Of a stretch of 64,000 bases of DNA, positions 36,369 through 49,400 are shown one piece after another. Every line of letters begins with the position of its first letter. Positions within the stretch are counted from its first letter, which is position 1. The stretch is from Oculina patagonica. Its lineage: Eukaryota. The stretch covers positions 2,604,001 through 2,668,000 of the forward strand of contig NC_135769.1 of the NCBI RefSeq assembly GCF_052425735.1. Reading direction: 5' to 3'. Under the pieces are notes generated by a model, which was not told the DNA's origin, searched no databases, and saw only the letters and a list, made by a program, of their open reading frames with translations. Made by a program: the position numbers and the translations under genes.

Positions 36369-37778
36369 ATGACCGAAGTCCAAGATCTCAATTTGACGTT
36401 TTCTGGATGTGGGTTTTTGGGAATCTATCATCTCGGAGTTGTGTCGTGTCTGAAAGAAAATGCTCCCGCGCTTTTGAAGAGAGTCAAATGTTATGGAGGG
36501 GCAAGTGCCGGTTCTTTTGCAGCGATTGCCTTACTTCTGGACTTAAATATAAGTGATAGTGCTGAATTTGTTATCAGGCTCGCCAAACGAGCGAATTCTT
36601 TGACGCTGGGACCGCTTCATCCAAGTTTTAATGTCGTCAGAACACTTCGAAGATCATTTGAAAGGATCCTGCCAGATAACGCTCATGAACTCGCGAGCGG
36701 AAGACTTCATCTCTCGTTAACAAGAGTTTCTGATCTGAAAAATGTTATCGTGTCTGAATTTCACTCCAAAGAGGATCTTGTCGAGGTGAGTTGTTGTTTC
36801 CTGAAGTTTCATATTTCAAATGATAACGATCTGCTCGCCATCGCGAAATGAAATGATGACGACGCGACGATGCTTTACATTTGTAGTAATAGACAAAAAA
36901 TGTACTCCGGGCGGACGCTGTCTTTCGATGTAGTGTAAATGAAAAGTATTCTAGACGTTATTTCAATAGCTTATAAATAAAAGCAATGTAATCATTTAAG
37001 CATCTTTTTCTTCAAGGCTTAAGAGAAGTAAACACACGACCGGTCGCGTGATATTAATTAAGGTTGTAATGTACATTTATTGCGCAACGGCTTTGAAGAG
37101 AAATGGTTCTCCCTCGAGGCTTCAAACACGTGTTTGAAGCCTCGAAATTTGATATCGACGAGTCGGAAATATTTATTTCGACTTTTCTGAAGTAAAGCTG
37201 TAGAGTTTCTTTCACTCTGTGGATGTTTTTGTTTCAAATTACAGTATGCCACAACAGAAAAAGAGCGTTTGTAAACTATAGTGCATAATTTTGTTGTCAG
37301 TTTGGTTAAGCGTAAATTTGCATGTTAAATAATATATGTACTGAGAGCGTCGCGTTTTTAGAGGAATTGTTTTGACTATTGGGGCAAGTTTCCTGCTGCT
37401 AAAACGAAGATTCGAAATATTTTACTTCACTTTCCACATTTTTATGCCATCTGGTGGTCAAATCCAATCACTTGTGGAAAAGCTAAAAATCAAGGACAGT
37501 ACTAGAAAATAACAAAGGCAGTTGATTTTGCAGTAAGTCAAAGTCAGTTTCAACTTGTTTGATTTTTTTTTGCATTGTTTGAATCCAGAACAGTCAACAT
37601 GCTTCCAATGAAAAACAATACAAATTTTCATGTGGAGCCAAAAGGACCCGCTAAGTTACATCAGACAAGTGAGCCACACAGCATGAAATCCTGTGATGCA
37701 TAATAGTAATTGGACTGAGTGGAGTACAATTCAAGGAGTAATCGGGCGACGATTTGAAATTACGAGCACGATTACTCT

Positions 37779-37817
<39 letters not shown>

Positions 37818-40800
37818 TGTCAATAACAAAATTCGAGGTTAGGAAGTCTTTAGGAACCTTTTCTGTAAGAAAAAGTCAAAGGTAAATTCAATTGGTTGCA
37901 CACAAAGTTAGAAAACAGCAAGAAAAAAACCATTCAAATTCGCGTGATTGACGCGCGGATGGCGTAGGTGTCCAATTACAGGTATCCAATTTGAAGTTGC
38001 TCAAATTGGATACCTGTAATTGGACACCCACGTGATCGCGCGCCGATTACGCGACAAATAGGCGCGTGCAGAACCAATCAAAATCGAGAATTTTGTTATA
38101 GACACGATTAATCTTAAAATAATTCGCAGTCAAAAACGTTGCTAAGTTTCACTGTCCAAATGCCGACAGGTACCTTAAGTAATGAAGAGACTGCGACATT
38201 TTGAAATTCACACTAATTAGAACTACACCACCTCCCAAGGCCAACGAGAGTTGGGAATTGTTCTAACAGCTATCAAATCTTTGGTATCAAGTGCTTTGTA
38301 AACTGCTGACATTCTCACGCTGAGTTGTATTCTGAATGCTGCGACCTGTAATGCATGGTGCCACATTAAAATTTAAGGAATTCTTTTCTACCCTTAGGGT
38401 GATTTGAGGTTCCACATTTCTTAGTATCTGTTTTCAGTATAATTCTGAAATTTGGGATGTGTGAGTGTGTTTTTGCTTTAATGAGTTCCAGACTTGGCCA
38501 AAAAAAAGATTTAATTTGATTGATTGAGTTTTCTTTTGCTATTTTGCAACATTTGGAAATGTTTTCTGCATGTGATTCATTCATAATAAAACATCAAGTT
38601 TTATCTTTCCAGCCGCTTTATAGTGATGACTTCTCCAATAAAATACCATCACGCAAATCAATCCTGAGCTTGCTTAACAAGGACTGTTGACTTTCTTTAT
38701 AAAGTTAACAAACTGTATTTGTTGACAATAAATTTGACCTGTTGCATAAGTGCATTAATTTAATCTGTAGTTGCATGAATATTGGTTGTATCAATATATG
38801 ATATATGGATCCCTGTTATTGGATATTATCATCTTGCTCTTGACCTCGCAGTTGGTGGAATCTTAGTTATCAAGTCTGTTGCTAAATAAAGCTAACCTTC
38901 AGATCAGTTTTTTTAGCATCAAAAAGAGGTCAGATAACTCATATTCCAGGGTATTATCAGTTTATTCTTTCTCAAGAGTTAATTTAACTTTCAGGTTCAC
39001 ATAATAAAAATTATTTAGAATGGGTTATGGATGAGTCTTGCTGTTATCTTAGTTTACCATTGAATGCTACAATATGAAGTGCATTAGTCTGTCAAAGCAC
39101 ACTTCACATGTGACACACGGCGCCCAAGGAAGAATCAAGCTTTATGCATTAGGCAACTTGAGACTATGACAATATTTATAATATAGAGTTAAGTTGCATG
39201 AAAGAACTAGAAGAGGGGATTAACTCATACCTTACAAAATTAACTGTTCTGTTTTTCTTGTCACAGGCATTAATTGCAAGCTCCTACGTTCCCTTTTACT
39301 CTGGAATCCTTCCTGCCAAATTCAGGGGAAAGGTAAATATTAAAAAAAAAAACGTTACCTAGAAATAGTATTTATTGGAGTTGTCACCCCCACCCTCTGA
39401 AGTTAACTTCTTTAATATTTTTGATAAACAAGACATAAAATCCTGGGTTTAAGATTGTGGGATTTGAAGTCACAAAAAGTGCATTGAGCACCGACTTCCG
39501 TGAGGGAGGTCTCGGGTTGGAGTCCTAGACTGGACCAACACTCAGGGTCTTAAAATAACTAAGGAGAATATGTTTACTTTGCAATGGCATCTGCAAATGG
39601 TTAGATATTCTAGTCTTCTCAGATAAGGACAATAAACCGTAGACCCCATCTCCTGCATATTCAGTGTTATGGACAGCAGGGGATGTTAAAGACTCAATGC
39701 ACTTATTGTAAAGAGTAGGGCACAAAGTTACAGGTGTTGTGTTCTGGTCTTTGCCCGTTGTATTGTTGAAATGCTTGGAAATATTAGCTATGTTATAACC
39801 CAGGGAGGGTACTCTGGCTTGTAAATGACGGGGATGATCGAATGGAGGCAAAACTAAGGACCCAAAAAAATCCCTAAGTCTTCCGACATTACCCAAAAAA
39901 ATCCCTGGACCAAAAATAACCCCCAAAAAAATCCCTTGTCAAATTATCCCTAAATTGCGAGGAAGGGCAATAATATAACACAAAGAAAACCATAATAAAT
40001 TTAACGCTTGTGTTTGTTTATTCATCATACCATAAATACGCCAAGGCCGCGCCAAGGCACTTTAGTTTGTTTTTAATACCCAAAAAATCTCCTTTTTAAA
40101 TTATATCACCCAAAAAAATACTTGCCAAATTTTCCAACCCAAAAAAATCCCGGAATCAAAAATTTCAAACCCAAAAAAATCCTTTGATCATTCCCGTCAT
40201 TTACAAGCCGGAGTACCCCCCCCCCCCCCCTGGGTGTTATAAGCTACTCTACAATCCAAGGGTAAACAAAGTATTGACTTCACTTCACTTTAACTTTGAC
40301 CGAGGAGGGTGATTTATTTCCCTATCCTTAAAAGCAGAGAAAGTCACAAGAAGCCATCTTTATAATATTATTAATACAAATACAAATATAAAAATATCAT
40401 GAATAAATGCTGTTGTTTTTCAATTATGTTAAAAGTCATGTTGAGAGATTCATGTGTGTGAATTGTGTTTTCAGTATTATGTGGACGGAGGGATTTCTGA
40501 CAATCTCCCGCAACACTTCAAAGAAGGAGAAACCATCACAGTGTCGCCGTTCAGTGGTGAAAGTGACATCTGTCCCAAGGACAGTTCATCAAACGACATC
40601 CACATTGATCTACGTAATACTAGCGTGCAGTTTACACTTCAGAACCTCTACAGGTGTTCTCGTGCGTTCTTTCCTCCTCAACCTGACGCCCTTTTTGACA
40701 TGTGCAAGAACGGATACAGAGACACGCTGAGATTTTTGAAAGAGCATTGTAAGTGAATGAGAAATACTTAGAGGTTATCGCACGTGGCACAATGATATGA

Positions 40801-40891
40801 ATTTTATTTTCGAGTGATGAAAACAATATTTTAGGAATAAGCGCAGCAAATGAGTCAAATATGTAATTTTTTTTTTTTAAAAAAAAAAAAA

Positions 40892-40922
<31 letters not shown>

Positions 40923-43764
40923 ATTATAAAATCCTCCCCATTTTTTTTATAAGTTTTTTCCAAAAACCCCGGCCCAAAAAAAATACTGCAAATAGTTTTA
41001 AAAGAAGTGGAAAAAAATTATTTTTAAACTCTGTCACAGCCCAGGGGTAGTCTCTGTCCTTGCTCAGTGCAGCAAATTAAAACTATGCAGGTTTATTGTC
41101 TTTTTTAAAATTACAAAAATAGTAGACTTATATACCCAGGAACCTTGTCTCCTGACCCAAGATGTTTACATAGTGAAATTGTCGTCATCATCTTAGTCAT
41201 TATTTACTTGCAGTCATTGATAGAATGAAACAGTGCTGTAATTGCCATGCTTTTGTTACAAGTAACAATAATTTTATTGATTTGCAACTCAGATCCCAGG
41301 TTTCTGAAGAAGGGCTCCATCAAGAGGCCATCCATGTCTCAATACCTTCCGCCATCTTGGCCAAAGTCTGGTCATGTGACTGACAGACTTCAGACCTTAA
41401 GCAGCAGCTCCACGTCAGCTTACAGTACGTGTAGTAGTGGAGAAGCAGATGTGTTTACCAGCTCCGAGAGTGATGAAGCTGAAACTGACGACTCAACAGA
41501 AGTGGAGGAGGAGGAAGGAGAATCCAGACTTACAATCAGTGAGTATCTTCTGGGTGCATTTTCTCTCTTCAGTCACAATAAGTACTGTTCTCTGCTATGT
41601 CACTGTGTTCTGCTGCAGAGAAAACGTTTATGTTCTTGTAAACAGAAAAAATAATAGACACAGTGATGTAAAAAGGACATGACCAGTTGTTTATTGGAGT
41701 CGAGAAATGAAAAGGCTTACTTACATACAGCAATAACATATTTAGTGGCTAAGCAAGGAAATGAAAAATAGTAAATTACATGGACAATTTCTTTTCCAGT
41801 TCTCCATCGTACAAGTGAAGCAGTAACAGAGGCAGAGCTCTGGTCCTGTTACTTCATCCGCAGAGTTTTCTGGGTACTGAAGCTGGCAGCAAGACCATGT
41901 GTGATTTCCCTGAGACAAATCTCACATCTTGCAAACAAGTAAGTATCAATCATGGTTATTTTCAATACCTGATTTTCCCCCTTAGAGAAATTTACTAAAT
42001 TTAAATGTTCTTTTTCTGTTCTTCAGGATCCTGGAATCATTGCCCAAAGTGGAGAAGACAGGAAATGAGTATCTTGATGAGTTGTTGTCAATGATTTACA
42101 TGGTCATACACACGTACCAGGACAAGCACCAAGTACAGTGCTGGTGAGTATAGCTAAAATAATACTAGAAGAAGGAGTGTCACAAAACCAAAACCAAAGT
42201 ATTCACTCTGGTCAGTCACAAAAGGCTCAGGCTATCCAGTGAACTGGTCAAAACTCAAAGCAAATACATGTAGCTGCATGAAGCACAGAAAAACATGAAC
42301 AAGTGAGACTGGTTTACTTCTGATTGGTCGAGAAAGTTTTGCAAGTTTTTTAAACCAATTAGTAAGCAAAGCAAAGGCAGAACCAAAGCAAATGCAATTT
42401 TTTTGAAACTTGAAAATCGCTCTTACCTGGAAAATTATATTTATCACAAGAGCTCCAAAAAACTTACCGGTATCTTTTAATGTCCACTAGGAAAACTTCA
42501 GGACAAGCCATAACTTCAGGGCCTGTACAGGAAGGTAAGACCTTCTTATATTGTGTAGTGTGGACATACTAAGACAAACCCTCAAATATTGGTTTCAACC
42601 CCGGGGGGGGGGGGGGGACTCACATATGAAAGTGATGGGGATGCTCGTCGTCTCGCTTAGGGGTGTAAATTTCGGTTTTTGGTCTCGCTTAGGGTGTTCT
42701 GGGCAAAACGCCAATATATGCCAATATTTTAAGCCATAATGGTCTCGTTTAGGGTTCCACACGAAGAAATATACAAATATAAATTCTATTCTTAGTTTTT
42801 TGGTATCTTTTAGGGGTCAAGAAAAGCTTGAGCCACACCCAGATTGGTCTCTTTTAGGGGTTCTTTTCAAATTTTCCGACGAGCATCCCCGTCCGTTTCA
42901 TATAGGAGTCTCCCCCCCCCCCCCCCCGGGGTTTCAACAACCATGATTGATATCGTCCATTAGCTGTGCCAGTCTCTATCTTAGTGGTAAAACTGCAGTA
43001 AAAATTCAATTTTATTGTTGTGCCGTCATCGTCGTCGTCATCATTATTTCTTTTCGTGCCATTAGGAGAATATGGCCACAACATTGTGTTTCTAACACCA
43101 TCTTGTCTGTTGCTACTGTTCTTGGTCCTCCGTCACCACTCCAGCCCACTTTTCTGTTGCGTCCACTGTCCTCCTCCAGGTCATTTCCAGGTCTTCCAAC
43201 TGTCCCTTTACATTCTGGTCTCCCTAGTAACAATAGATGACCTTCTATGTATTTACAGCAATGTCTAATATCTTGCGAAACAAACTCAAGATTCCTGTTC
43301 CTTTTGCAGATGGATCAGGTGTCAGTTCAACTGATGAATCAACAAATCCAAGTGACAATGTAAATTTTGCTTCCATCCCTGAAGCAGTGGAGGAAAATGA
43401 TATGCCAAGTTCAGAAACACCAACACCTTCACTAACAGCCTTGAATTCTGATGAGGACAGCGACATTGAAGTTCTCTTGGGTCATAATGTGTCAATAACT
43501 GCATCTGCAGAGAGCTTACTGCTAAGTGCAATAAGATGGGAAGATGACATGAACAAAAGTGCTTCCTTTACGAGAACAGAAGATGACAGCAATCAAAGTG
43601 TGAATAATTCTGTGGGAAGATGGGAATCAGAAGGAGGAGCATTCATAGAGGAGCCAGCCAAGTGTCGCTCAGAGAGCTTTGATGATTATGTGGTTCTAGA
43701 TGGGTATGAGAGTGATGTTGACTCTGAATTGAGTGGCTTGGATGAGCTGCAGCAAAGTCTCTAA
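36369..43764 (+). CDS. PNPLA2: Patatin-like phospholipase domain protein 2 (ATGL)-like lipase, copy A; exons 36369-36785, 39267-39332, 40475-40748, 41293-41538, 41800-41938, 42027-42143, 42491-42534, 43259-43764
   Basis: [14 protein letters not shown] oxyanion motif, GASAG nucleophile, [26 protein letters not shown]. Exons join in frame. The symbol indicates the family (PNPLA1-5 type), not proven orthology. Confidence 0.88.
37967..38028. repeat. Perfect 28-bp-arm hairpin inside a dispersed repeat (~37702-38112)
   Basis: ggtgtccaattacaggtatccaatttga-agttgc-tcaaattggatacctgtaattggacacc. Confidence 0.9.
39799..40234. mobile_element. MITE with CCCAGGG termini and an 8-bp TSD
   Basis: TSD tgttataa on both sides; TIR cccagggagggtactctggcttgtaaatgacggg; internal cccaaaaaaatcc repeats. 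Confidence 0.85.
42600..42930. mobile_element. MITE with CCCGGG(G)n termini and an 8-bp TSD
   Basis: TSD gtttcaac; TIR cccggg...gactcacatatgaaa / tttcatataggagtc...cccggg. Confidence 0.85.
43020..43235 (-). mobile_element. Degenerate 3' fragment of an RTE-like LINE
   Basis: The - strand has a frameshifted GRP..TWRRT...W...A.D.W motif series, followed by a (GAT/GAC)n tail. Confidence 0.55.
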
Positions 43765-46492
43765 CATAAACGTTGGTAGCACTGTGAATTTAATTGGATT
43801 CAGGTGAAAAAAATTTCAAGCCTGTCTTGAGCCACACCACACTTTCTTGTTTATGTTTTTTGACCAGCACAAGGACAAAAAACCCTGAATCAGAGTTTGC
43901 TTAAAATTATTTTTTTCCAATACCATAAGACCAACACCTTCAAAAATTGAATTTGTTAAATGGTAGGACTAGGGTGTACTGAGTTTGTGGTTAATGGGAA
44001 AATTTTTTTTGCCAAGAAATGGAACTCTTCTTTGGGGGATCTATAAATACATGTTACTTAGTTGCCTGGTGGCTTGAAAAATGTGTAAATTATAGAGATT
44101 ATTGTTTTCAAGATAATTTTCCATCAGGTACAGTAAATTTTGTTACTGAATATTAATAATGTGACAATGAGAGAGATCATGTGGCTAGCTTTTCTGAAAT
44201 GAAGAGAACATAGAAAAAGGAAAATTATCTGAGTGGATAAAATTATTCTCCAAACGAACAGGCAATACAAAGGGAGATTAAATATTTCAGAGTTTAGAGA
44301 CTGAAATCAAGCCTTGAACCTTTAGAGAAGGTGAACAGGCAACATTATTTAACCATTTTTTTATTTTATGTAAAACACATGGAAAGTTTTAACTTATCCA
44401 GTTATGACAAGGCAGTTATTTACCAACTTTGGGTATGATCAACATGCAAGTTCTCAAAAGTGAAAAGGCAGATGCATGCAGGCATGCAGTTTAAATTCTA
44501 CAAAAGATCTTATCACCAAGGCAAGACTGTCTTGATACAAAACCAATTCTCTCAACTTGTACTTTACAAAAATTATGTACTGAGACTAGTATGGAGAATC
44601 AATACTTTGACAGTTTAAGATCAAATTGTTTATAAATATGTACAGGTCAAAATGATGTGGCTATAGAGTGTGCGAGGCCGTGGCCGTAAAGGTTTAAGCA
44701 GTAAAACAGTAAAGAGTGTATTTTTCAAATACAGTATGTGTAGAGTTGTCAGAGAATGTGACAAGTTTAGAACACAAAATGTTTTATTTACTTGTATTCA
44801 AATTCTCTTAACTCATTGTAAAGAGTAATTTTATTGAGACCAGTATGGATAATTTTTATGTTGGCATCTTGAGAGGTGTTTGTATATAGTTCTACTGGTG
44901 TAAAATGGATGTACAGAAGTTTATGAATTATATGGATGAAAGAAAAGAGAACCAGTCAAACTATTGTATGTTAAAGTTAGTTTGGTCTTGTACAAATATA
45001 TTTTAAGTAATTTTAATTTAGTGTAGATATATTGTAAAAGGATCACTTGAATTTCATTATTTGCACAATTTGCAGCAATTAAATTAATATTGCCTTGAAA
45101 ATTACTATTTTTGCTGTTAGTAATAATAATATCATTTTAAATTAATGACTTATTAATTTACTAATTTATTTTGTACATAAATTAAAATAGAAGAATACCA
45201 TTATTTTCATGTGATGAAAAGAAGTATGTGTGATAATGTATATAGACAATAAAAGTGATATGTATTGGAAAGCTCCTCTCACTTTACTAACTTCTCGAGG
45301 AAAACAAATTCTGTGATTCAGACTTGCATGCAAAATGTTCCAAGCCATCTTTATGATTTACTGATTTGAAAAATGCCTGGTGCAGCTGATTGTAGGGGAT
45401 TCTCTAAAAGTCTGTGTGGGGGTGTGAACCATGCTTGACACAGTTATGCGATTTTTCCAACACTGTTTCAGACCTGACCGAAAATTTGATACCCTATTCT
45501 GGAGGGGACTGCCCATGGGAGTTGGATGCCTAAAAAACGTGCAATTCCACAATTGGTTTCGGCTCCATTTCAGACACATCCAGACATTTTACCAGGCTTG
45601 ACGTTCTACCAAACGCGACTTAATTAAATCGCAGTTGTCAAGTGATATTTAAGAAAAATTTTCAGAAAAATAGTTTCTTTCAAGAATTCATACCAAATTG
45701 CTACTACACAAACGTCACAAACCATACCTTATTTTGGACCAAACTGGTTAAAATCTATGCCCCTATTTGAGACTGTTATCACATACGGGGCAAAATTACT
45801 GAATGCTGATTGGCTGAGACAGAGGGCATTTTCTCTTAATCACGGGGGCACTTTTGGTAATCAAAAGGACATGATTTCTTGACCCTGATTGGCTGAGCGC
45901 ACGGCGCCTGCAATGAGTTGGTTTCCCGCCTGAAACGAGTTTTGAAAAAAAAAAGCTCAGAAACGCAACGCTTCTGAGTTTGATATAAATGCGGTTATTT
46001 CATCAAATCATACCCTTTTGCACAGCACAAATAATTACAAATTCATAACTTCAAAAAAAATACGTCTCCTTATCTCGATTTGCGGGTATAGCGCAAATCT
46101 AGGAAGTACTGGAGGGGGGAGGTACTTTAAAGGACTAGCCTGCGTTCCAGTATAAAAGGTCATGCATTGAACAGAATAATTCCCGGGCCGGGAAATCCGT
46201 GCAACATCGTCAACAGCAATACCTAAATTTTTGTCTTCCGCTTCGATAATTCGGTTGATAGATCGGAAGTTCGAAAGATCGGAGGCCTGAAGTTGGATCA
46301 GCTGTTTGAAGTTCGATTGCCAAAATGGCGCGATGCGCGCGAAACGTGAAGGTCGCTGAAGGTGACTTCCGGTCACATGGACAAACATGATGTCACAATC
46401 GGCTGATTTGATCCGTGACGATAAAACGGATTTTTTTCCCTCTACCTTCAATTAAATTTTATAAACTGGCAAAAGACATCTGCTTTTCAGAC

Positions 46493-49400
46493 ATGGAGGA
46501 TATTCAAGATTTGAATCTCACTTTTTCTGGCTGTGGATTCTTGGGAATCTACCATATCGGCGTGATGTCTTGCCTCAAACAAAACGCGACCGGCTTTTTA
46601 CGACGAGTCAAATGTTTTGGCGGAGCGAGCGCAGGTGCTTTCGCCGCTGTCGGTTTGGTCGTAGATTTAGATATCAGCGAAGTTGCTGAATCGGTTATAA
46701 GACTCGCAAAAAGAGCAAAGTCTCTTTCATTAGGACCGCTACATCCAAGATTTCAGATCGTAAAAACTGTGCGGAGAGCTTTTGAAAAAATGCTTCCAGA
46801 GAACGCACATGAACTCGCTAGTGGAAGACTGCACATTTCATTGACTCATGTTCCGGATTGCCAAAATGTCATCATATCCGAATTCTACTCCAAAGAAGAT
46901 CTTATTGAGGTAGGCCGAGTTTGATTTCATTACCTGTATAAGAAATAAATTCATACTCGCATTTATAAGCTCAGTTAAACTTTAGCCACATAATAACTTA
47001 TTAACTACGCCAAAAAAAATGAAAATTGTCCTTTTCAGTCGCACAAAATTATTTTGATTTTTTTTTTGACCAAGAAGATAGATCGTTCAAATGTATATGT
47101 ATTTTTTTTAAAATTTGGGCCGTGTAAAATTTCCAGCTCTCTAATTATTGCGGCAAGGGGACGGGGTACACTTTTATACAAACGTCTCCAAACGTCCTGA
47201 AGTTTGTTTTGGCTTCCAAATTATTTTTAACGACGCTATTTAAAGATTTATGGCTTGCAATTACTGTATTAGAAGTGCTGATCAATTATTTATCATGAGC
47301 AGACTTAGGCCAGGCGAATAATCAAAACAATCGACTACTCTTGTGTCATAGCCCTCCCTGGGAGGAAGGAGCAGGAAAGGGGGAGGGGGGGGGGGAGTGC
47401 AGGTTCCTTGCATGCTGTGTTGGAGGTGTGGGCTGGTAGGGGGTAATAGGAACGCGGGGCTTACAAAAACAACCAGGGACTTGAGGTCGGCACACACAAG
47501 GGGATTAGTCGCAGGGACTTGTTGTAGTGACTAGTAGCACACATGCGACTTGTAGTAGGGTTAAGTCCCCTGTAGTGTCGCAGGGACCAACCACTTGTCG
47601 CACAAACAGTACACACGTAGAGACAAGCAAGATTTCATGGGAGTAGTCTCTGGGACTAGTTCCATGAAATCAAACTGGCAAACAAGTTTGAATTCGTAGG
47701 ACTAGTTGCAGGGACCAAAATTTGTCACTGTGACTAGATTTTTTGACGAAAATGGGTAGTCAGTCACACAAAGGGCGTTAATCCCCAGAACTAGTCACAG
47801 GGACTATTTCCCTTGTGTGTGCCAGCCTTTACCCAGTGGATAAGATGCTGCCCTTTCTTTGAATAATCTGGGCCAGTACTAACAGGTAGACATCCCTGAA
47901 AGGCACGCATTTTTTCAGTAGTCTTGTTTGCAACTAAACTCTCTTTAAGATGGACACCTCCCTAAGGCAGATGCCTGGAAGCTAGTCCCTAGGATGTCTG
48001 CCTCAAGGAATGTTCACTTTAATCTTGTTATTAATTAATAATATATTAATTTTTTGAATTATACAGGCATTAGTAGCAAGTTCTTATGTACCATTTTATT
48101 CTGGAATCTTCCCAGCAGTGTTCAGGGGAAAGGTAAAGAACTTTATGTGTTTTTTGGTAACTTAACTCTCCTTTAGTTAGGCACCTCTATGTTGGACAGC
48201 TAGAACTGATCCCATGAAAGGTGTCAACCTCAGAGAGAGTTCACTCATGATCAGTGGAAACTGATCATAACTCAGTAGACTGCTCACAGCATCATTATTT
48301 TTCAATGCAAAAAAAAACGTGAGAGACAGTGAGCGAAGCGAGCATGAGTGCAAAGCATGACCAGCCCTCCAAGTTTATTTTTTTCCTTAGTGGCCATTTG
48401 GCCACCGACTGCTCAGGTTTGGTTGCCAGGAAAAATTTTTAGTCGCTAAATTAAGCTCACGCTTTCAATCCTTCTTCTCAATTTTAGTCGCCAGGCTGGC
48501 GACTTTGGTTCCAATTTAGTCGCCATGGCGACTAAAATGATCTTAACTTGGAGGGTTGATGACGGGGTGGGGGCAGAGAGTGAGCAAAAGAGTGAAATCT
48601 TTTTTTCTCGCTCCCTGCCCCCTCACCCCCTTGTGGTTCTTGTTTTGCGCTGGCATCTGCAGTTCTCTCTTGATTCTTTTTCCACGTTTAATGATCAAAG
48701 AAGAATAGGGTACCAAAAAATATGAGAAAATAGAGGGCTGTGAACAGCTGTCTAAGAACATCGTGGAAACATAATATTAAATATTATTTTAAAAAAAAAT
48801 GGAAAGTGTTCCTTTAATATTGTTTCCGTAAAGTTGGTATGGCTTGGGAGAAAATGAAAGAGCAGTGGAAGCGCTTGCCTCTATAGCTAATTGTTCTCAC
48901 AATTATTCACTTGTGTTATTGTGCTGTTCCAGAAAATATCCATACCCACCCATAGAAGGTCATTGGAAATTCCAAGAGGGTGAGGGCTCTCAAAAGCCAA
49001 AATTTTTAGAGGAAAGAATGGGGCTTAACTGGAATTTCCAGAAGGGTGAGGGGATTTAAACTAAAAAAACCTTCTATGGGAGGGGTATGAATATTTTCTG
49101 GAATAACACATTATACATGTAACTATAGAAACCAAATTATTTACTTTGAACTATGTACATTTCTTCTTATTGTCATATGTTTTGCCTTTCTCAGTACTAC
49201 GTAGACGGAGGGATTTCTGACAACCTCCCTCAGCACTTCAAAGAAGGTGAAACCATCACAGTGTCGCCGTTCAGTGGTGAACATGACATTTGTCCAAAGG
49301 ATGTTTCATCAAATGATGTTCATATTGAACTACGGAACACTAGCATCCAGATAAACTGTAATAACTTGCAAAGATTGGCAAGTGCCTTGTTTCCTACTGA

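Noticed and set aside
40860-41020. Extreme homopolymer tracts (also ~55030-55140 and ~24380-24440) as a functional structure
   Set aside because: They look like low-quality consensus or homopolymer-inflated sequence within repeats; no structure can be supported.
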